Source: Roseibacillus sp.
GTDB lineage: Bacteria; Verrucomicrobiota; Verrucomicrobiia; Verrucomicrobiales; Akkermansiaceae
Assembly: GCA_051251855.1 (NCBI GenBank)
Contig: JBPOGI010000006.1
Span: 160,001 to 224,000, forward strand
Length of the DNA: 64,000 nt
Direction: 5' to 3'
This document shows positions 19,604-28,760 of this stretch, piece by piece; positions within the stretch are counted from its first letter, which is position 1; every line of letters begins with the position of its first letter. Position numbers and translations under genes: made by a program. The notes under the pieces are model-generated. The model did no database searches, was not told the DNA's origin, and saw nothing but the letters and a program-made list of their open reading frames with translations.

Positions 19604-21013
19604 ATGAAAAAGCTGCAACCAGACGATCCACGATTGACCGCCTATGTTTTGGGGGAGTTACCGCCCAAGGAGGCGAAGCTCATTGCTGATCGTGAGAAGA
19701 GCGACCAGGGGGTTGCGGATGAGATGGCCAAGACGCAAGCCTTAGGCAAACTTTTGTGCGAAGCCTATGAGCGGGAGGGGCTTTCGTTACACCCTGTTCA
19801 ACGAGCGGTGATTCGACGCGTAGGACAGAGCCAAGAAGCGCTGGCGATGCGATCGGCACGTCGGCGTGGAGATTGGCGGCGGGGGGCGGGGATTGCGTTG
19901 GCGGCAGCTGCGTCGATCACGGTCGTTCTCTTTATCTTGGCGAAGACGCCGGTAGAAAATTCTACTCAGGCGGTTGTTGAGCCAGAGCAACTGCAGATGG
20001 AGGTCGTGTTGAGCCCGGCGGCGCTCACTAATTGGGGAGATAAGCGGGTTGAGCTAGCCGATAAGAATGCTGAAGGTGAGACGTCAGTGACTATTGAGAA
20101 ACAGCAGGTGTCCGACGCGCGCGCTGAATTTGCACAACGTGTCTTGAATGATCCGCAGCGGTTCTTTGCCTCGGCTGAGCACACGGCACGGCGCCAGATT
20201 CTGCCAGAGGCTGAATCCTTTGTTCCCTTGCAAGAGAACGGCTATCTTTTGACAAGTGACCGTCCAAGTACAACCGTGCCGGTGATGGCGGGGCGGACAA
20301 GTTTTGCCTGGGTAGAGCGCTTTCTGCGGGAGCGGGGGCAGCTTCCTCCTCGAGATGCGGTGCGACTGGAGGAGTTGGTGAACTATCCCGATTATCAAGA
20401 GAGCGCCGAAGCGCAAGTCGGTGGCGTGGCCTTGACGAGCGAGTTAGTGCCTTGTCCTTGGAATGAAGATTCGCTTTTGCTGGGTCTTCTTCTTCAGCGT
20501 CAGCCTGGTTCGGAAGAGACCGAGAAAGTGGCGGTTCAGCTGGAGATCGATGAGGAGAGGGTTGCGGAGTATCGTCTTCTCGGTTTCGCGCAGCCAGATG
20601 GAGAAGTGGTTGCGGGAGCGGATGCGTCCCATCCTCTTGCGGCGGGAAACTCGACTTACGTCTTTTACGAGATTCGTCCGGGTGACGTCCCTTTCGATGA
20701 TGTCCCACTTGGTCGCGTAGCGATGAAGGTGACGGGTCAAGTCGGCGCGCCTATCTACCGAAATCTTGAGGTTCCCGCTATTCCGAATCGCTGGCTAGAT
20801 AGTTCCAATTCATTTAGAACGGCAGCCACGGTAGCAGCATATGCACTGTGTTTGCGCGACTCGCCTTATAAGGGGAATCTGAGCTTCGAGTGGGTTGAGT
20901 CGCTTGCGCGGCAGACCCTGTTAGAGCATCCGAAGGCGGATACTGCGACTAAGGAGGTTCTCGAGCTCATTATCCAGACACGCTCGCTGGCTGGTCTTGG
21001 AAAGACTGCCTAA
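19604..21013 (+). CDS. Putative membrane anti-sigma factor with YfbK-like (vWF_A + DUF3520) periplasmic part
   Basis: DDPRLTAYVLGEL anti-sigma-like N-terminus; TM GIALAAAASITVVLFIL; GQLPPRDAVRLEELVNY; VAEYRLLGF..YEI..FRTAATVAAYALCLRDSPYKG. Confidence 0.75.
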   Translation: MKKLQPDDPRLTAYVLGELPPKEAKLIADREKSDQGVADEMAKTQALGKLLCEAYEREGLSLHPVQRAVIRRVGQSQEALAMRSARRRGDWRRGAGIALAAAASITVVLFILAKTPVENSTQAVVEPEQLQMEVVLSPAALTNWGDKRVELADKNAEGETSVTIEKQQVSDARAEFAQRVLNDPQRFFASAEHTARRQILPEAESFVPLQENGYLLTSDRPSTTVPVMAGRTSFAWVERFLRERGQLPPRDAVRLEELVNYPDYQESAEAQVGGVALTSELVPCPWNEDSLLLGLLLQRQPGSEETEKVAVQLEIDEERVAEYRLLGFAQPDGEVVAGADASHPLAAGNSTYVFYEIRPGDVPFDDVPLGRVAMKVTGQVGAPIYRNLEVPAIPNRWLDSSNSFRTAATVAAYALCLRDSPYKGNLSFEWVESLARQTLLEHPKADTATKEVLELIIQTRSLAGLGKTA

Positions 21014-21888
21014 GGAGCGTTCCACTCAGGGATTTCGCCTTCCCAAGCAACAGGCGGAGATTGGAGTCCTTGGTGAAAACGTTCAGCGAGGAGTTCTATG
21101 ATCCCCTCGTGACCGGCGACGAGGTCACTCATGTGCCACTTAAGTTCGGGGTACTTTTCGGCGGCCTCTTTGCAAATTTGGGCGACATCGCCGCCGGGGC
21201 CAGCGTGGCGACCGGGGGAGGCAAAGAGCATGGAGACGATAATTTCTTTCTGGAAGCCTTCAGAGCCAATGACGTGTTCTAACAGTGGTTCGTTGAAAGC
21301 GTATTCGTCACCCTCACGGCGTTCCATAGAGGAAGGGGTGATGAGGGGAAATTGGTCTTCAGTGAGGAGTTGGCGGACTTGGGCTCCGAGGTGGTTGCGC
21401 ACTTCGGTGACTGCGATGCGAGGGGCGCCGTGGTCGACGACTGCAACGGCAGGGTGGGTAAAGTTCTGTTGCTCCTTAGTAGCGAGGATTTGATCCACGA
21501 GAATCTGAGCCATCCGAGTGTCTTCTTTGTCTTCGATATTGACGACGCAGGGAGCGATGCGGACTTCGAGTTCGGGCCAGTCGGGGCGGAGGTCTTCGAC
21601 GCGCTGAGGCATGTATTCGAGAATAGCGGCACTGGGGCCGAAGAACATGGGGGTGATGTGAAAGCGGTTGATGCCTTCCTCGCGTTTTTTCAGGATGAAA
21701 GGCTCGAAGATTTCGGCGGGAATACCGTCGAGTTTTTCGGGGGAGATTTTTGTGGAATGGAGAAGGGAGACAGGATGAATCGTTTGACCGACTTTCTTTC
21801 CCAAGCGCTCGGCGAGGTTGCGGAGGGAGAAGGTTGCTTCGGGCCGGTAGGACCCGTTATCGGTGATGAGGTAGCAGATTTCGCTCAT
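21010..21888 (-). CDS. CbiX/sirohydrochlorin chelatase-like protein
   Basis: DNGS, SLLHS, PMFFGPS, VDHG, SMERR, PGRHAG..GD two-domain class II chelatase pattern. Confidence 0.75.
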   Translation of the reverse strand: MSEICYLITDNGSYRPEATFSLRNLAERLGKKVGQTIHPVSLLHSTKISPEKLDGIPAEIFEPFILKKREEGINRFHITPMFFGPSAAILEYMPQRVEDLRPDWPELEVRIAPCVVNIEDKEDTRMAQILVDQILATKEQQNFTHPAVAVVDHGAPRIAVTEVRNHLGAQVRQLLTEDQFPLITPSSMERREGDEYAFNEPLLEHVIGSEGFQKEIIVSMLFASPGRHAGPGGDVAQICKEAAEKYPELKWHMSDLVAGHEGIIELLAERFHQGLQSPPVAWEGEIPEWNAP

Positions 21889-21921
21889 GTGAGTCTTGGA
21901 TAAGCGATTTTGGAGAAAAAG

Positions 21922-22482
21922 CTAAGGGTTTTTGGTTTTGAAGGTGAATTGAGAGGCTTCTTGGGGTGATGTGAGATGGATGAAGTTGAGGTGTGCCCAG
22001 CGGGGATCGACTTTGGCGTTGAGGAGATTTTGATTTTGTCGGGCGTGATTGGCCCATAGCCAGTTCAGGAGGGAGTCGGGGTGCCAAAAGCGAAGTTGGG
22101 GCCAGAACTGTTCGTAATTGGTTCCCCAGAGCAGTTCTTTTTTTCGCGATCTTCGCCAGGAGCGGCGAATAAGCCGCAGGCTGAGAAGGGGAAGGGGGAA
22201 ATCCAGCCAGATAATGGTATCGGCCCGTGGCCAAGTGAGTTCGCGGCAATAAACGGAGTAGTTGCCAGCGACAATCCAAGCGTCGCCATCGGTGGCCTCT
22301 CGGATGAGGCGGCGGAATTCCTCCGGATCGTGTTGATTACGGCCGCGCCAGTTAGGCTCAAAGTTGAGGGCGTCAAGTTCGACGTATGGATAGCCAGATT
22401 CGGAAGCGAGTCGGGCGGCAAGGGTGCTTTTGCCGGCATTGCTACTCCCGACGATCTGGATGCGACGAGGGGAGGGACTCAT
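21922..22482 (-). CDS. Adenylate-kinase-like P-loop protein (FlaR/topology modulation family)
   Basis: IVGSSNAGKSTLA, ELDAL...PNW, WIVAGNY, WPRADTIIWLD. Confidence 0.85.
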   Translation of the reverse strand: MSPSPRRIQIVGSSNAGKSTLAARLASESGYPYVELDALNFEPNWRGRNQHDPEEFRRLIREATDGDAWIVAGNYSVYCRELTWPRADTIIWLDFPLPLLSLRLIRRSWRRSRKKELLWGTNYEQFWPQLRFWHPDSLLNWLWANHARQNQNLLNAKVDPRWAHLNFIHLTSPQEASQFTFKTKNP

Positions 22483-22576
22483 TGTTGATTGAAGCTTAGA
22501 GTGAAGTCCCCGACGATTGCAAAGCTTGAAGAGATATGGAACTGACGGCAGGCGTTCTAGCGGTTAAAAAACATCC

Positions 22577-23317
22577 GTGAACCAAAAACAACGTCGCGTT
22601 TATATCCCGAAGAATTGGGAGTTGCCTGATACAATCTGGAATCGTCTAGGGCCTGAGCCGGGTCGTCAGCGTTTGATGGATGAGGAGGGGCATCTCTTGT
22701 TGATTTTGCATGCGGTGCCCAATGCCTCAGATGACGAGGTGCGCAGAGCAGCTCTCTTTTGGCGCAAGCCAGATGGGAGCTGGAAAAGTGCGCCGGAGCC
22801 GGGAGGGTCGGGCGCTTTGGAGGAACACTTGAAAGGTTACCGAACGAAGATTCATGGCTTAGACAGCGAGGTGGAGAAGGCGACGGGGCCGAAAGAGTAT
22901 TTTGCGATTATGCAGGAGGTGCAGCCTGTCTTGCGGTCAACGCGCCACTTGTTAGAGGTGTTGCAAGCGGCTCGGCAAGCGCGTAAGGATGAGGCGGCGC
23001 TGATTGGCTTTCGTGATGAAGCAGCAGGGCTGGAACGTGGGGCTGATTTGGTGGCGGGAGACGCCAAGGCGGGAATGGACTTCTCGCTGGCAAAGTCGGC
23101 CCAAGAGCAGTCGGAGGCAACGCACCGGAGTAACTTGGAAGCAAGCCGATTGAATCGATTAGTAGCCTTCTTTTTTCCTCTGGCGACGCTGGTTTCGTTC
23201 TTCTCAATGAGCGATGCAGGATTGGTGTTGGGAACGGTAAGCAATTGGGTGGTGGTGGCACTCGGGATTGTCTTCGGAGCGATCGTGCTGGGTCTAGTGA
23301 CTCGAGGGAATAAGTAG
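22577..23317 (+). CDS. Hypothetical membrane protein with CorA-like C-terminus
   Basis: Helical body then RLNRLVAFFFPLATLVSFFSMS (degenerate GMN position) and a second TM helix. Confidence 0.6.
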   Translation: MNQKQRRVYIPKNWELPDTIWNRLGPEPGRQRLMDEEGHLLLILHAVPNASDDEVRRAALFWRKPDGSWKSAPEPGGSGALEEHLKGYRTKIHGLDSEVEKATGPKEYFAIMQEVQPVLRSTRHLLEVLQAARQARKDEAALIGFRDEAAGLERGADLVAGDAKAGMDFSLAKSAQEQSEATHRSNLEASRLNRLVAFFFPLATLVSFFSMSDAGLVLGTVSNWVVVALGIVFGAIVLGLVTRGNK

Positions 23318-23890
23318 TTGGTGGCTGTTGTTGGCGAATGCTTCGGTGAGGATTGTGGGGCTGAGTTTGGGCGCGAGAATGCTTCCTTGATGGAGGAGCC
23401 CGTGGCGGGTGCGGCGCTGGGCCGCGCCAGCAATTTTTCTTCGAGTTTGTGGGTCAATGATGTCGCCGGGGACGGGGTGCTCGAAGCAGGCGGGGCTTTC
23501 ACCGATTTCTTGGGTGACCAGAAGGTTCTCTATTCCTGCAGAGGTAAGGGCAAGGTGGATGATGTGGTGGATGCGCTGGTAGCTCCTTGCTCGACTGGTT
23601 TTGGCGAGAGGGTGAGCTTTGGGAACGAGAAGAGTGTAGGTGAGGTCTTGGCGATGGTCGACGATGCCTCCGCCGGTGGGGCGTTTGACGAACTGGAGTT
23701 CTTTGTTAGGGAAGTGGGTAGACGCTTCCTCTTCGGTTTGAAAGAAGCCGTAGCTAACCCAGTCGCCGGCCCATAGGTAGAGACGAAGGATGGGTCCCTC
23801 CTGGAGACCCTCTAACAGGTCCAAGTCCCGCTCCATGTTGTCAGGGCCCGAGGCAGGAAGATCTTGAATGACTTGGAGATTTTCGATGAC
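23294..23890 (-). CDS. Lipoate-protein ligase family protein (start uncertain)
   Basis: NMERD..LL, LRLYLW, SYGFFQ, KRPTGGGIVDH, CFEHP, KIAGAAQRR, LHQGS; open frame extends 18 codons upstream of ATG 23836. Confidence 0.85.
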   Translation of the reverse strand, partial: VIENLQVIQDLPASGPDNMERDLDLLEGLQEGPILRLYLWAGDWVSYGFFQTEEEASTHFPNKELQFVKRPTGGGIVDHRQDLTYTLLVPKAHPLAKTSRARSYQRIHHIIHLALTSAGIENLLVTQEIGESPACFEHPVPGDIIDPQTRRKIAGAAQRRTRHGLLHQGSILAPKLSPTILTEAFANNSHQLLIPSSH

Positions 23891-23932
23891 TCATTCATCA
23901 TAAAGAGCACGGGGAGGGCAAAGCTTTTCTGT

Positions 23933-24160
23933 TCAGCGATACCAGACCACGGTCTTGGCGGAGGTCGAGCAGTGGAAGGTCTCGATTGTGAGGACCTCGA
24001 TATCGCGACGGATGTTGATCCAATCCTGCGCTTTTTTCTGTGCCTGATCGATGAGGCCGTAGTCGATGATTACGTTACCGGCACGGAACTTCACGGCTTC
24101 CATAAAGATGGCGCGTTGCATTGGTTTGGGTATGGGAGGGGGATTCGGCATCCCTGCCAT
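23933..24160 (-). CDS. Small hypothetical protein coupled to alaS
   Basis: ATG overlaps the alaS TAA; fills the gap before the ligase gene; ends VVWYR. Confidence 0.6.
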   Translation of the reverse strand: MAGMPNPPPIPKPMQRAIFMEAVKFRAGNVIIDYGLIDQAQKKAQDWINIRRDIEVLTIETFHCSTSAKTVVWYR

Positions 24161-26940
24161 TATGAAAGAAGTTTGGCTGTTGCCTGTTGCAAAAGCTCTT
24201 CCGTTTTGGAGCGGTCAGGGGCGGCGCCGCGGGCCATGTCGGGCTTGCCGCCGCCTTTGCCGCCGGCGAGGGGGGCGAGTTCTCCGATGAGCTTGCCCGC
24301 GCCGTGGCCGGCGTTGTTGCCGTCTTCGCCGCAGAGGGATCCGAGGTGAAGTTTGCTGCCATCGTCGACGATGAAGAAGGCGGCGTTGGTGAAGTGGAGC
24401 TTCTTGAGGCCGTTCATGAGTTCCTGCAGGAGGTTGGCCGGGCCTTCGAGAGCGTGGACCAGGTTGCCGGAGAGGCCTCCGTTTTCGGCGAGTTCGGCCA
24501 AGAAGGCATCGGCGGCGCGAGCGGCTCCAGCGGTTTGTGCTTTTTTGAGGGATTTCTCGGCTTCGACTGCGGCGGCTTTGGTGGAAGTCAGAGTCGCGCG
24601 AAGGAGAGGGAGGGATTGGTTGGCGGGCACGCTGACCTCGTTGATGGGGGCTTGGTCGAGAGCTTTGAGGGCTTCGTTGGCAGTGTTGAGTTTACCGTTT
24701 GCTTGCGCGATTTCTTCTTTGAGCGAAGAGACTTGTTCGTCAATGTAAGCTTCAGCAGCTTTGCCAACGGCGGCTTCGATGCGGCGAACTCCGGAGGCGA
24801 TGGCTTCTTCCTTCTTGATGATGAATTGGCCAAGTTCGCTGGTGTTGCGGGAGTGGGTGCCGCCGCAGAGTTCCATGGAGTAGCCGTCGAGGGCGAGGGG
24901 TTCGCCGCCGATTTGGACGACGCGGACGAGGTCGCCGTATTTGTCGCCGAAGAATTGCATGATATCTTCACGGCCTTTGATGTCGGCGTGGGGCACTTCT
25001 TGCCAAGAGACGGGTTGCGCGGCGGCGATGGCGGCGTTGACTTCTTCTTCGATGATAGCGATTTGGGCGGGAGTGAGAGCGGCCGAGGTGAAGTCGAAGC
25101 GCAGACGGTCAGGGGTGACAAGGGAGCCTTGTTGGGTCGCGTCGGTGGAGACCACTTTGTGAAGAGCCCAGTGAAGAAGGTGAGTGGCGGTGTGGTGAGC
25201 CTCGATGGGGCGGCGACGATGGGCGAAGACGCGGAGGGTGACTTTGTCGCCCACTTTGAGCTGGGCCTGAGGAGGGACGAGGTGGGCGCGGGCGTTGCCG
25301 ATTTGTTGAGTGCCGGAGACGAGGTATTCGGCGTCGCTGCCCTCGTGAAGCATTTCACCTTCATCGCCTTGTTGGCCACCCATTTCAGCGAAGAAGGTGG
25401 TTTGATTGGTGATGACGAGGAGTTTGTCGTCGGTGGGGTGAAGCTCGAGGATGGTGGCTTCGCACTCATCGTTGTCAAAGCCGACGAATTCAGTGGTGGC
25501 TTCGGACTTGAGGTCGAGGGCGGCAACTGTGGTTGTCTGTTGGCTGTCTTGTGAAAGCTTGCGAGCTTTATCGAAGAGGGTTTCTAGAGCTTCTTCGTCG
25601 AGTGTGAGGTCGCGCTCTCGGCAAAGGAGGGCAGTGAGGTCGATGGGGAAGCCAAAGGTATCGGAAAGCTTAAAAGCTTCTTCGGGGGGGAAGGCTGAGC
25701 CCGTTGCTGTATTAGCTACTTGTTCGAAGAGAGCGAGGCCGCGGTCGAGGGTTTGGTTGAAGCTGTCTTCTTCGCGTTGAAGGGTGGCTTTGACGGTGTC
25801 GGCTTTGGATTTGAGTTCGGGGAAGATGCCACCGAGTTGTTCGACTAAGGTGTCGACGAGGTCGGCTAGGAAGGTCTTTTCGCCAGAGAATCCGAGGTTG
25901 CGACCATATTTGACGGCGCGACGGAGGATGCGGCGGAGGACGTAGTTACGGCTGTTGTTGCCGGGGAGGATGCCGTCGGCGATGGAGAGGGAAAGAGTGC
26001 GGATATGATCGGCAATCACGCGGAAGGCGATGGCGTCTTCGAGGACGGCTTTGTCGGCGCCTTCGGTGTTGGGATAGACGTCCACGTATTTTTTGCCGCT
26101 CAGTTCCTCCAGCTTCTTAAAGAGAGGAGAGAAGGTGTCGGCGTTATAGTTCGTGGGCTTGTTCGAGAAGTCGGTGAAGCCTTTGGTGTTTTGAATGATG
26201 GCAACCACACGTTCGAAGCCCATGCCGGTATCGACGTGCTTGGAGGGGAGGTCGCGGAAGGTGCCGTCGGCTTCGGCGTTATATTGAATGAAAACGAGGT
26301 TCCAAATTTCGATGCAGAGGTCGCTGTCGGCGTTGACGAGGCTGCCCTTGGTGTCGCCATTGGGAGTCATGTCGACATGGAGCTCGGAGCAGGGGCCGCA
26401 GGGGCCGGTGTCGCCCATCATCCAGAAGTTGTCTTTGGCGTTGCCGTTGACGATGTGGATGGCGGGGTCGAGGCCTTTGGATTCGAACTTTGTTTTCCAA
26501 AAGTCGTAGGCTTCTTGGTCGAAGTGAGAGGGGTCACCTTCGGAGGGAGAGTAGACGGTGGCGTAGAGGCGTTCGGGGGGGAAGCCCCAGCGGTCGACGA
26601 GGAGTTCCCAGGCCCAGTCGATGGCTTCGGCCTTGAAGTAGTCGCCGAAGGACCAGTTGCCGAGCATCTCGAAGAGGGTGTGGTGGTAGGTGTCGTAGCC
26701 GACATCTTCGAGGTCGTTATGCTTTCCGCCTGCGCGAATACATTTCTGGGTATCGGCGGCGCGAGGGGGAGAGTAGGGAGCGGCTTGTTCACCGAGGAAG
26801 TAGGGAACGAAGGGGTTCATCCCCGCGTTGGTAAAGAGAAGCCCGGGTGACTGGGGGAGGAGGGAAGCAGAGGGCACGATGGTGTGCTGCTTCTCTTGGA
26901 AGAAATCGAGGAAGGATTGTCGGATTTCGGCGCTCGTCAT
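24160..26940 (-). CDS. alaS: Alanine--tRNA ligase
   Basis: LLFTNAGM, QKCIRAGGKHNDL, FEMLGNWSFGDYFK, DTGMGFER, HTATHLLH, ELCGGTH, GGKGGGK. Confidence 0.98.
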   Translation of the reverse strand: MTSAEIRQSFLDFFQEKQHTIVPSASLLPQSPGLLFTNAGMNPFVPYFLGEQAAPYSPPRAADTQKCIRAGGKHNDLEDVGYDTYHHTLFEMLGNWSFGDYFKAEAIDWAWELLVDRWGFPPERLYATVYSPSEGDPSHFDQEAYDFWKTKFESKGLDPAIHIVNGNAKDNFWMMGDTGPCGPCSELHVDMTPNGDTKGSLVNADSDLCIEIWNLVFIQYNAEADGTFRDLPSKHVDTGMGFERVVAIIQNTKGFTDFSNKPTNYNADTFSPLFKKLEELSGKKYVDVYPNTEGADKAVLEDAIAFRVIADHIRTLSLSIADGILPGNNSRNYVLRRILRRAVKYGRNLGFSGEKTFLADLVDTLVEQLGGIFPELKSKADTVKATLQREEDSFNQTLDRGLALFEQVANTATGSAFPPEEAFKLSDTFGFPIDLTALLCRERDLTLDEEALETLFDKARKLSQDSQQTTTVAALDLKSEATTEFVGFDNDECEATILELHPTDDKLLVITNQTTFFAEMGGQQGDEGEMLHEGSDAEYLVSGTQQIGNARAHLVPPQAQLKVGDKVTLRVFAHRRRPIEAHHTATHLLHWALHKVVSTDATQQGSLVTPDRLRFDFTSAALTPAQIAIIEEEVNAAIAAAQPVSWQEVPHADIKGREDIMQFFGDKYGDLVRVVQIGGEPLALDGYSMELCGGTHSRNTSELGQFIIKKEEAIASGVRRIEAAVGKAAEAYIDEQVSSLKEEIAQANGKLNTANEALKALDQAPINEVSVPANQSLPLLRATLTSTKAAAVEAEKSLKKAQTAGAARAADAFLAELAENGGLSGNLVHALEGPANLLQELMNGLKKLHFTNAAFFIVDDGSKLHLGSLCGEDGNNAGHGAGKLIGELAPLAGGKGGGKPDMARGAAPDRSKTEELLQQATAKLLS

Positions 26941-26981
26941 GTTGCGGGAGGTTTGAACATGAACTGGCGCGATAGAAAATG

Positions 26982-27021
26982 AAAAAGCGGCTCCGGTTGG
27001 GGGAACCGAGAGCCGCTTTTT
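26982..27021. terminator. Bidirectional-type terminator
   Basis: AAAAAGCGGCTC-CGGTT-GGGGG-AACCG-AGAGCCGCTTTTT. Confidence 0.8.
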
Positions 27022-27127
27022 CTAGTTTTGGGGGATTGGAGTAATGGGGATTACTCCCAATTTAATGGGAAAGATGGCATCATAGGTGGGGGCCTAAGGG
27101 GATGATGCCGGTGGGGAAGGTGGAGAT

Positions 27128-27346
27128 CTAGTTGCCTGTCACAACGCGACCAGCACTGGTGACGTCGTTCTTAACTGCGTTACCAACGTTCTTGGTGGTG
27201 TTGACAGTGCCTTCAGCTACATTGCCGACGGCGTTTCCAGTAGCTTTGACAGCGCCACCAGCAGCGTTTCCAACGGAGCGAGCGGTGTTGCAAGAAGCAA
27301 GAGCGAATCCAGCGATAGCGAGGGCAGAGATAGTAACTAATTTCAT
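27128..27346 (-). CDS. Small entericidin-like lipoprotein
   Basis: Lipobox LASCNT; amphipathic 11-residue repeats (VGNAAGGAVKA, TGNAVGNVAEG). Confidence 0.8.
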   Translation of the reverse strand: MKLVTISALAIAGFALASCNTARSVGNAAGGAVKATGNAVGNVAEGTVNTTKNVGNAVKNDVTSAGRVVTGN

Positions 27347-27436
27347 AATCTTATTTTGTTGTTGTGGTTGTTCCGAACCAGCAAACCTTAAGACAGACCG
27401 GAACGACCAAAGGTCACTTCAATTGAGAAAAAATTT

Positions 27437-28369
27437 TTAGGCGAGGAAGATTCGCGCATGCTTTCGATGAAGAAAGCGATTGCCTGGAAGGTTGAGCTTT
27501 GGGGGGCCTTCGGCAGAAATGAGTTGTAAAGAGTTGTTAACCAGTTTTTTGGATATCTGCTCAACTTTGTTTTGGCGGAGAAATTGTTCGAGGCAGGCTC
27601 GCTGAAGGCTTGGATCGAGTTCTCGGAGTTTTGGGAGAAAAAGCCGGCCCTGAGGATCCTTCAATTGGAGAGTTTCGAGAAAATTGGCCATGATTCGGCC
27701 GTTTTCACGGCTTATCTCCTCCGCATTGACAAGGGCGGGGACAATATCGCGCTGGAGGATCTCAGTGAGAAGGGGAAGGGCTTCGTGTCGCAGCCGGTTG
27801 CGGGTGTGGGCAGGGTTCTGATTGGATGAGTCTTCTCGAAAGGCAATGTTTCCTTCCTCTAAGTAATGATCGATGTCTTTGCGGCGGACCTTTAGGAGAG
27901 GGCGAAGAAGGACGAGCTTATCGAGGCCCACTTGGAATTCTGTTTCGGGTTCCATTCCTTTGATGCCTGAAGAGCCTCTTAGGAGATTGAAGAGGCAGGT
28001 TTCGGCTTGGTCATCTGCGTGATGAGCGAGGAGAATGCGATTGCAGCCGGTAGTGCGTGCAGTTTCGGCAAAGAGTCGATGGCGAGCGTTGCGGGCGGAA
28101 GTTTCAATAGATTCGCCTTTTTGCTCTGCGCGCGCGGCGACTTCGACTTTTTCTAAGGTAAGGGGGAGGTTGTGCTTCTTTGCAAGCTGCTCCACAAAGC
28201 TGGCATCGGCTTCGGATTCCTCCCCCCGAAGCTGGTGATTGAGGTGAACGAGGTGAATTTTGTGGAATCCATATTCAAGCAGTTGGTGGAGCAGGCAGAC
28301 TGAATCTCTGCCCCCAGAAATGGCGAGGAGATAGTTCTTTCGCGGAGATAACTGGGACCGATCGAGCAC
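27437..28369 (-). CDS. tilS: tRNA(Ile)-lysidine synthetase
   Basis: AISGGRDS PP-loop, HLNHQLRG, AHHADDQAET, LLRPLL, DSSN...RNRLR. Confidence 0.95.
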   Translation of the reverse strand: MLDRSQLSPRKNYLLAISGGRDSVCLLHQLLEYGFHKIHLVHLNHQLRGEESEADASFVEQLAKKHNLPLTLEKVEVAARAEQKGESIETSARNARHRLFAETARTTGCNRILLAHHADDQAETCLFNLLRGSSGIKGMEPETEFQVGLDKLVLLRPLLKVRRKDIDHYLEEGNIAFREDSSNQNPAHTRNRLRHEALPLLTEILQRDIVPALVNAEEISRENGRIMANFLETLQLKDPQGRLFLPKLRELDPSLQRACLEQFLRQNKVEQISKKLVNNSLQLISAEGPPKLNLPGNRFLHRKHARIFLA

Positions 28370-28460
28370 GAGTGTTATCCAATCAGAAGCGCCCCCTGAG
28401 AGACCAGCTGTAAATTTTGGTCGTGACTTAGCAGTCGATGGGACGGTCTAATGACCTGTT

Positions 28461-28745
28461 ATGACTACAGTTATTGCATGGATCGTGATGGGCCTTTTGG
28501 CAGGATGGTTGGGAAAATTGATCATGCCTGGTAAGGATCCGGGGGGACTGATGGTGCAACTCGGCTTGGGAGTGGCTGGGGCCTTTTTGGGGGGCTTTCT
28601 TTGGACCCAATTGACGAATGGTAAGATGGAGACGAGTGGTTTTCTGCCAGGTCTTGGGGACGTGCTGATCGCAACTGTAGGAGCTGTGATCTTGTTGGCA
28701 ATCTACCGCCTTATCAAAAAGAAGAAGGGCTCGACTAAAAAGTAG
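28461..28745 (+). CDS. GlsB/YeaQ/YmgE family membrane protein
   Basis: IAWIVMGLLAGWLGKLIMPG, LGVAGAFLGG, ATVGAVILLAIY. Confidence 0.9.
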   Translation: MTTVIAWIVMGLLAGWLGKLIMPGKDPGGLMVQLGLGVAGAFLGGFLWTQLTNGKMETSGFLPGLGDVLIATVGAVILLAIYRLIKKKKGSTKK

Positions 28746-28760
28746 TCAGTATCCGAATCT

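Noticed and set aside
24187..25554. 455-aa + strand ORF (and similar ones at 10359, 26005, 51152, 57299)
   Set aside because: Antisense shadows of well-supported genes, caused by biased codon usage; no motifs
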